Source of the DNA: Hormiphora californensis | Taxonomy: Eukaryota; Animalia; Ctenophora | Reading direction: 5' to 3' | Assembly: GCA_020137815.1 (NCBI GenBank) | Contig: CM035353.1 | Coordinates: 496,001 to 560,000 of the forward strand | DNA: 64,000 nucleotides | Shown here: piece after piece, positions 55,396-64,000 of the stretch | Position numbering within the stretch: the first letter of the stretch is position 1 | Layout: the number at the start of each line of letters is the position of its first letter | Position numbers and translations under genes: made by a program | The notes under the pieces: generated by a model | What the model saw: only the letters and a program-made list of their open reading frames with translations | Databases searched by the model: none | What the model was told of the DNA's origin: nothing

Positions 55396-58300
55396 GATCC
55401 GTTTAACTGTCCCTCGCTAATCTTCTGAGCATCTGCTTAATCCCCTCCAAAGACAAGACAAGAATATTCTGGTTTCTGTCTCTCTCTAAATTAAGCGGAC
55501 CTTAGAAGACCTCGTTGGACCAAAGCCAAGTCGCCAAACCTTGGTGGAGCGGTTTCTCGCCTCTCTATTTACAGGACAGGATGTCGGGTGTGGCAACCCA
55601 TCATGGCCGATTGAACGATTACAAAGAGGAATTCGCACGTAAGTTATCCGATACAACCTTTGAAAAGTGCACTGGAATGACTGTTATGAAACACCTGAAG
55701 GAAGGAAAAGCCGAAGCCCCACCGAGCCAAGTTACCAAGGATGTTATGTGGAAAGTTCTACTTATGTGCTATGAGTTTCTCCCTGACGTATCCAGATGTA
55801 GTACCTCATCATCCAAGTCTGAATTGTCAACAATATCTATGACGTCTGAGGACCTGAAAGATAGCTTTATGAAGCTCAGGCAAGACCTCCTAGATACGCT
55901 ACCTGGGTTAGTGAATGAGATTCTTGCTCCCACTGTTGTTAAGAAGAGACCGGAACACCTGGAAATACAGAAATCACCTCCATCGACGCCTGTCAAGCGT
56001 TATGTTAACATCAAGGACAAAGAGGACAATGAGACCCCGATATGTGAGAAGAAATGGGCAGACTTCCTCAAGAAAAGTTGGACCTCTAAAGGCCCTCCCT
56101 GTTCTTGATACCCTGTAAACAAGAGGCTCCCCAGCGTTCTTTGCACGGAAAAGATTGAGGAAGGGAAAGCTTATCTCACTTTTTGATGTGACCACGGTTG
56201 TTGAAAAAGGGAAAAAAGGACCCCAGGTGATATAAATGATCTTGAAAATGATCTCCAAAAACAAAAAAGGCTGATGGAAAAGCAATTCTGAGTGAAAAAA
56301 ATGAACGGAAAAAACAACTTCAAAATCGGCCCACCATCAAGGTTTTCAGGGAAACCAGGCGGGGAAGTATCTGTTATTCAAGTACCTCTGAAGTTCGGAA
56401 AGCAATTCTGAAAAAAGGACAGGATTTTCCCAAATAAACAGCACACTGTCAGAAAAGGTTTTAGTAACACAATGTTTTCATGCAAGGTTGGTCCTTGCTG
56501 GATCATATACTGCCCGAACAGGGACGAGCCTATCTGTGATTTTTTCTGGGCCATGACCCCGCAGTGTAATCCAGGAAAACAATGATGGGGGAAAAATGAA
56601 GTGTGCCCAATTGTGAGGGAGGAAGTAAAGAGGCAAGAATTTTTGCAAAGACTCATCCGCTTGGGGTAACCCGTGTCCATTTTTGTGAACGCAGAGGAAA
56701 GGGTTTGAGGGTTTCTACTAGTGGAGTAACCAAGGCCAAAAAAACCTGTATCTGACGGGGAGGGGAGGATTTTAAATGAAAAGGTATGGCGGATTGGGCA
56801 CGCTAAAGTCCATTCGCTGATAAAAAAACACGGGTTTCGGGACCCCAAAGGGGAAAAACCAAGGACAACCTGGTGCAGGGACCTACCTCAAGAACCAGCC
56901 TCCCAAAGTACAAGAGAAAAAGAGGTAGGGGTGGAATATTTTTCATCCCCTAGACGAAAGAGCGGTGGGGGGATTTGGGGTCTTTAAAAGAGATGGGCCC
57001 AGGTAAACTTCTCCACCCGGAATGTTTTTAGTCTTTCAGGTCCGGAAGTGTTTTTGGGTGGGGGAGGGTATGGTCGATTGTGAAACATTTACGCCCCCCT
57101 TTACACGGGAAAAGCACGATTCACTGCGGCATCGTTTTTTTGAGGAAATTGTGGATTTTTATCGGATTTAAACTTGCGACTGGCCCCCCGTCTTGATGGG
57201 TGATTTAAACTTTCAGGTAGATTTCTGATTTCTATGCTGAAATTTCCCCTTAATTTTTGGGGACCCCTTTTTGGCCTGAACAGTTATCCTTTCAACCGAC
57301 TCACATTAGGGTGGAAACTGGATCTTGGGTTTTGTAAAGGTGCCCTTTAAGGCGAAGTTTGGTCGGGGAAATACTGAAATTGGGGCCCGAATCGGCCCAT
57401 TACATGGTTTATGTGAACTTTTTATTCACTAAAGCGTGGCTTCCGGAGCAGACGAAATTTAAAGAAACAAGATTTTAAATCTTTTTGACCAAAACTGTTC
57501 AGGCAGGCTTTGGGGAAACCCTTTGGACTTGATGATCTTCTTGTAGCGGATTCCCGGGGAAAACTTCCGGATCTTGAAAAGGGTGTTGGTGTCTAGTGGC
57601 CGAATGTTAAATAAGAAACAAAGGGGAAAAATTTAAGCCGTGGGAGAGATGATAGGGTCAAGGGGGCGCTAAACTAGCAGACTCTGACTGCTTGATAGAA
57701 CGACTCCGATAGAAAAGGCTCATAAATGACTTGAAGGACTTTTTGGGAAAAGTTGATAAAAATGCAGGCTAGGATACAACAAGAAGATCTAAAAATCTAA
57801 AGACGATCCAAGGGGTTTACAGCGAAATTTTAATCGTCTTTTTGGGAAAAGGCCGAAGTATTTTCCCGGGAAGCTGGTTGGATAAAAATAGCGGGGGACT
57901 TCGTGATTTTTTCAGTGGAAATGGAAAAAGTCCGTACATCATGCGGGTGAAGCAAGTTGATTTTGGGGGTGAAAGTCAAAACTCCCCAAATGAAAAATTT
58001 GCCCCTTTCAGGGTTTTTCTGGGGAGTTATTAAGGGCCTTTTAAAGGGATATCCCGGACAAGTTTTTGGGACCTGGATTCCCCCTACCTGGTTGGTTAAG
58101 AGATGTACCATGAATTCCCCCGGGATACTGCACTGGTGAAGGGCTCTTTGTGACCGACTGTTCCAGATTCGTTCCGCAAGCCCTGGTTTTTCCCCACGAT
58201 TAAGAAGGAAAGGTGACCGTGACAGTTACAAAATACGACCGTGTCGAACTGCTGTTTCTCGAAGGTTCTCGGAAAGTAGTACTGGATAAACCTGCCCGCT

Positions 58301-59864
58301 ACCTTGAAGTAAAGCCTCTCAAAAACCGTCGGTACAGATTGGCCCCATAGCTGCGAAACCCACCAAAAATTTGTTTGAGGATTTACTTAGGAAATGGACG
58401 AGGAATTTAGGCACTTCTCTATTAGACATGGTGCTGTTTTTGCACGGAGATCATCCCATGCGGGAAAGTTTTAAAACAGTCGGTCGGCATCTGTGGAGGG
58501 GCGCTCAGTTGGTTTTGAGGTTATTTGGGGAGCAAACACGGGTTGTTCGAGGAAACCTCTCGGAATTGTCAAGTAGATGTGTGGCCACAGGGTCACTTTT
58601 TGGGCCCTGTCTTGTTTCAAATGTTTTTGGGAAGAACTTCAGGACCTTGTTGACATAGGGGCTGAAAAAAAACTTTATGCAAGCCCCCAATTTGTACATA
58701 TCTAGTTCCTCAGATGGTAAAGGAGGCTTCAAGTAAAGGGAGAACGCTAAAAACGTTTAAAGGGGGAAAATTGGTGGTGAAGCACTGGCTAGATTAATAA
58801 GCGAAGAGGGACTACTGTTACTTGGAAAAAAGGAGAACTTGAAAAAACAGTTATGGCCCCCCTTGTTTTGGGAGACACGGAAATTTTTTCCGGGGGGATT
58901 TTAGAGGAAAACAAAAAAGACCCTGGGCGTCTATTTGACACCACTAATATGGAAGAAAGTTAACAGGTCAAAGGCGTGTGGTTATTCTGAGGAACCTTTT
59001 GGCAGGTCAACGCTGCTTAGACCATTCTATAGGTTTTCTGCTGGTAAAAACGTTTTTTCAAGGTTGCTACTGCAAATAGTATTTGGACTTCCAAGAAAAA
59101 AAATCACCCTTTACAGAAGATCACATCCTTTGTTCGGTTCGTGTATGGTTTTCACGGACATAAAGATATTATCGCCGTACCTGAAGGAAATCTGCTTTCC
59201 TTTTTGAACAAAATTTGTTTTCAAAGCCTTTTTTTACAGCCTCAAGATTTTTCACGAACACCCGGGAATACCAAAACTGACAGATACCAGGGGTTTTATG
59301 GGTGGATGTCTACCCCTTTAGAGAGCCACCGCTTTCCGACGAGTTCGGGCTGGGTTCCCGAAGCTCTCTATTAAACCCCATTCCAAACTGGGGGAGGCGC
59401 CCGCTTTTGTATTCCTATTGGACGATTTTCCCTTGGACTGAGATTATCCCGTTGACTCTTTCAAGACAAGACTGAAGACCCACTTTTTTATGGAGGCTTT
59501 TGGGTCGGGGAAAGGGTGTAATCCCCTAGATTTGAACAGTTTTTTTCATTCCTTTTCTTTTTGGAACAGTTTGTATCGATTTTTAATCAGCTTTTTTTCT
59601 GGGGTTTGAAGCCGAGGGATTTTGTGTGAAGGTGTGAATTTGTCTTACAATTTTTTGGGATTTTAAAATCCATTAAATTTCAGTGTTATCATTTTTTTTC
59701 CCCACATTATGTAGCCTTTTTAATTCATTTTTCCAGTTGGTCTTTATGAGGGGTTTTTTTTCTAACTTTGTATCCCGTTGTTGCCGTCATGGTAGTATTA
59801 TATTTTGATCTACTGCCCCTGGACGGATGGGGGGAATAAAAGTAGGTATTATTATTATTATTAT
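55354..59864 (+). mobile_element. L2/CR1-group non-LTR retrotransposon, apparently full length, starting with the spliced-leader-like sequence; ORFs broken in low-quality sequence
   Basis: ORF1 from ATG 55581. ORF2 relics include MGD(F/L)N near 57196, PTH..G..LDL near 57296, GS.LGPVLF near 58590 and FKTRLKTH near 59460. AATAAA plus (att)n tail. Absent from the duplicate locus at about 62432. Confidence 0.8.
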
Positions 59865-60135
59865 ATATATCATCAACTTTTAAAATCAAATCCATTGTAC
59901 AATTGTTTCTCTAATGGCAAATCAGATCAGTTTTCTTATTGAAATGAAACTGATAACCAGATAACAATTATCTTTTATTTTGCGGCAGGGTATGTATGGC
60001 GCTCAGATGGGGTCAGCGGTGCCACACAGGGCAGGGTGGTGTAGACGAAATTACCCATCTACTCTACATAGGGCATTGCGATAGTGAGGCACGTTTTAGC
60101 GTGCCCGCAATGTAGGGGTAATTGCGCCACACAGA

Positions 60136-60235
60136 GCAGGGTGGTGTAGTGGCCAGTACACTCGCCTCTCACGCACAAGGTCCAGGTCCGATCCCTGTCT
60201 AGAGCATGTCGTCTAGTCCACCAAGCTATGATTGG
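60136..60235 (+). mobile_element. tRNA-derived SINE-like head
   Basis: A-box-like ggtgtagtgg, anticodon-arm-like cgcctctcacgc and B-box-like ggtccgatccc. No complete cloverleaf. Confidence 0.5.
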
Positions 60236-60699
60236 ATTTTTTCCCCCGAGGATGCCACTAAATCGGGGTCCGACTGTATAATGTTGAATAAATAAACAGG
60301 GTGTGATCCTCATAAAGTCCGTTTCAAGCGACTTGACCCGTAATTCTTGGAATTTGGCGCATTGCGTGTGTATTTACAAAGGGGAAATCCTGAATTTCCA
60401 GGAATCTCAGGTCAAGTCGTTTGAAACGCACTTTACCATAATTTCTAGTCGCGAGAGTCCGAGACCTCGCAGGTAGACATGTCCGCATGTTATGTTGAGT
60501 AACAACAGCATCGCAGCATCGCTACTGAGCGCCATGATTGGGTGAGTTCATTCTCCGTAGTTATTATGTTCTAACCCTCCTTTTACATTTGTAAAGGTGG
60601 GGTACCCGAAACAGGGTCTAGCTTGGCAAGCCCCGTAGTATGAGCTGCCTGACTCAACAGAGATCCGTCTCTTTATTGAGAAATATAAGATAGTTGGGT

Positions 60700-63100
60700 G
60701 ATCGGATATTTATAAGCCTCATAGTATGATAATCAGAGTTTTCATTATTCTCTCTGGGCGGAACAAATGAACCAGACGGGTAAAAATTAACGCAATATAT
60801 AAATAAATATCGCAATAATTATACCCGTCTAATTCTTGTCTAGCTAGGCCTAGACTGGGTTTTGGCACTTTTGGGTCCCCGCCCCCGGAACGCAGTGTAG
60901 CCCCAACCCAACCGAAAACTCTAACCCACATTTTAAAGCTATAACCTAAAAAACGGTTGTAATAACTCGCAACACCGATTTTAGCGCTGGTGTCTTTTGC
61001 ACCAATGATGGACGGGAAACTCAGTCCTTTCAAACTGACCTTTTTCCCATTTTTTAAAACTGAAAAACAAAAACCAAACAGAGGATTTTTCCCAGGAATA
61101 AACCATCGCGAGTTTCTTAGGTTACCTTGTGGTTGAGCGTATCTAATTGCGCCTTTGCATCGTGATCTGATCATGGGTATTTGCATTTTTCATGTCATCG
61201 AACAAGTCGACAGCTTATTTCTAGAAGGAGAATTGTTTTTCCCGTTAACTTTAAAGTGATTTTTATCAAGTACAGGTTAGAGGAATTTGAGAGAAGAAGG
61301 CAGAGAACGTACGATGAGGGGACACACACAGAGAAAAGATCTAGGCAATCTTGAGACATGGAACCCGAGCAGGGAGACATTTGAGACCCCTTTTCACAAT
61401 GACAAATAGTTTATTTATCGGAGGATATGGCGAAATTTAGATTCAAAAATCTCTCTGATTCCCAAGTGCTGTCAAGACTTATTACAATAAACCACTTCCA
61501 TTCCCAAGAATATCATACTCAGATCGATCTTGTTATTTAGAATTAATGCATGGCTTACTGAATCTTCAACAACATCCTCTCTTTTCAGGATTTAAAGTAA
61601 TTCGCGTTTCAACTCATAAATACTCAATTTCAAAAGCTACGAACAAAAGAAATTTCATAGATATCTTAATTAAAAACAAAATACCCTCGTATATACAACC
61701 CTAACTATGAACTCTCGAATGTACGTTGCCACTCCACAACTTGGGTGCTGATTCTCGACGCGTTTCGACTCAGAGCGCATTCTACATCAATGCTGTGGCT
61801 GATCTGCAAGCGACCACGATTTTCGGGTTTCCTCCAAATTTCAAATACTCTACACGTCTTCATTGCAAGTCTAAAACCAATTGAAGTCCACCCTGAATAA
61901 CCCTCTAATACCCCAGTTTTCATATCCGATTTCACTCAATTCCACTCCCTCCCCAAGGTTTTACACCGGGGGAGTGGTGCTAACATTGACTCCTTTCCCG
62001 TTTATAAAATCACCAGAATCCTCTTTCAATCGTTTCTCTAGCATGCAGGTTCTCTCCCATGTTGGTTTGCTCGCCCTTCAATTTAGAATACCCAATATCT
62101 TACTGGGTCAGCATACCATTGTAGACCAACTCCTTTTCATCCAAAGATTCTCAGCTGGTTAACCCGTGCCTTCACTACCCCCCCCCTCTGGCCTGAGGGA
62201 TTCTAATTCTCGTCCACAAAGATGGAGGAAGGCATGGTATTGGCTACAATCAAACATTACCCGCTCCTAGCAAGGTTTCGATGGACTATCCTCTCACACT
62301 TGTATGCTGGCGGTAATGTTAATATTGTTTTCACTCCTGGCGATGTTTGAAGGAAGTTTTTAAAAAACTTTCGGAGGTCGTATACAGAACCTTTCCAGGT
62401 TAATAACCTAAAATAAAAGTAATTATTGGATTTATCATCACTTTAAATCTCAATCCTGCAACAATTGTTTCTCTGGCTAACAGATCAGTTTTTATTCATT
62501 AATTTTCACCACTGAATTATTGTTTCCAAACACAATTGCTTTTATTTTGCGGACAGGGTTAGTATGGCTGCAATTGGGTCGAGCCACCAGAGCAGGGTAA
62601 TGGCCATTACACTCGCCACGGACAAGGTTTAGATTTCTGCTATGACTGCACTCTGTACACCAATTTGATAGCTAGGGTCTATTGAAATCCAGAAACATTG
62701 GAATGTTGAATCAAATACATGGGAGATCTATACCCTACCTTTTCTAGTCCGAGCTGCTCCGAGGTAAAACAAGCCGCACTTGTTTAAAACTCGCAGCATC
62801 CCCTAGACGCATATTGGGTAAGTTCATTCTCCGTATTATAATGTTTATAACCCTCCGGTTCACATTTTAATTTGGGATCCAATCATCTATTGCACCCATG
62901 AATGTATCTGCCACACAGAATCCTGGTCCATTTATTGAAAAATTAGATTTTGGTGATCGGATTTTTTTAATCGTACAAGAAATCAAGTTTTTTATTCTCT
63001 GGGCCCGGCAAATGTCGACGTATAAAATTAACCCACAAATATATCGCAATAGTTATAGCGAATCACGTATCTTCGCTAATAATGCTATGAAGGTTTTGGG
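60700..63100 (-). other. Error-rich second copy of the KATNAL2 3' region and flanks (paralleling about 53350-55350 and 59865 onward), lacking the L2 insertion
   Basis: 61705-62410 aligns by eye to 54539-55325 with many indels. 62432-62870 aligns to 59865-60590. Confidence 0.8.
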
Positions 63101-64000
63101 CTTTTGGGTCCCCGCCCCCTGAGCAGATTTGTTCAGCCAATAATTATGACGGGATAAGGAGAGAGACGTCAGCGATAGAAGAGGGGAACATGATCAGAGT
63201 ATCCATAGCAATGAGAAGATAGACGATAGTGGGAGCAATGACCATGATACGCAGAAACTGGCCACTGTTTGCTTGGTTCCTTTCGGCTTTTTGGTGCTTT
63301 GAAGAAAATTGTTGGGCCATGCAAAAAATGCTCCACTGACCGAAAACTCATTTTTTAAATGAAATTATTTCCGTAAACTGCTTTGGCTAAAACTCGAATG
63401 TTGACTATCTGCCGAGGAGGATACCAAGTGGGTAGAAACCCTAGCCTTATTGGATATACATTAGGGGGACATTTTAAGTGAAAGGTGTGTCTGAATGACC
63501 ATGTTAACTATAGATTAACTTTTTGATACGAAATAAATGGTGCAGGCTTTTGTGGTATGACGTCCTGCCAAATTGGGGCGTTGCTGCAAACATTGTGGAA
63601 TAACAGCATATTGTTAACACCTATATACTATAGTATACAATAATAAGGATCTTGAGTACGATATTGATTTTTCATCAACAAACAGGATTAAATACAGCCT
63701 GCCTCCAGAGTACACCATCAAATCGTTATTTAGGTCACGTGCTGGTAACCCAATCGTGACCATTATTTCTGATTTCAACCTATTTGTCAGTGCTTTGCCT
63801 CCAGAGAGTATTTCCAGTATCTGATTAACACGTTCTGTAAGTTACTTACTTTGGGTTTCCGGTGGCTGACAGATAGCGAACAAGAATAGTTTTCACTTAC
63901 TTTGGCAGCGCCGACTCATTTGAAATCAAACAGGGCTTGACGACGCCAGACATTTTGTGAACTGCCACCAACTCTTGTCAATTCTTTTTTTCTGTTTAAG

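Noticed and set aside
56100-59800. Ancient decay of the L2-like ORFs, and the short ORFs listed there
   Set aside because: The error pattern is homopolymer inflation, while both ends are crisp and an empty allele exists. This points to poor sequence quality rather than age.
60136-60210. Functional tRNA-Val gene
   Set aside because: Acceptor and anticodon stems do not pair properly; treated as SINE-like.
61700-62410. A diverged KATNAL2 pseudogene paralogue
   Set aside because: Indel-dominated differences extend equally through the flanks, so a raw-read-quality haplotype copy is more likely.

Overview
Eukaryotic, intron-rich genomic DNA, most likely from a ctenophore (Pleurobrachia-like). This assignment is an inference from recalled repeat families and a recalled 42-nt spliced-leader-like sequence. 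Plus strand: the 3' part of MetAP2 (1-19372) and an ARNT/BMAL-type bHLH-PAS gene (19757-29095). Minus strand: a closely packed run of KATNAL2, ELOVL, a coiled-coil gene, a PHRF1-like gene and LSm4. Several genes are nested in introns: a secreted ShKT+Ig gene, intronless CHMP6 and two F-type-lectin-like genes. There are three non-LTR retrotransposons (APE-RT-RNaseH LOA/R1-like, CRE-like RT-RLE, L2/CR1-like) and many foldback MITEs with readable TSDs. Main finding: two unrelated retrotransposons begin with the same 42-nt sequence ending AATTTGAG (20127-20168 and 55354-55395). The sequence sits inside the insertion boundaries, which are fixed by a 15-bp TSD in one case and by an empty-site copy in the other. 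These look like spliced-leader-capped retrotransposons. The CRE-like element also has a poly(C) tail and a target site that resembles the leader's 5' end. Parts of the window (about 4090-4330, 53340-54000, 56100-59800, 60600-64000) look like low-quality consensus or uncollapsed haplotype, so frameshifts there are not reliable.
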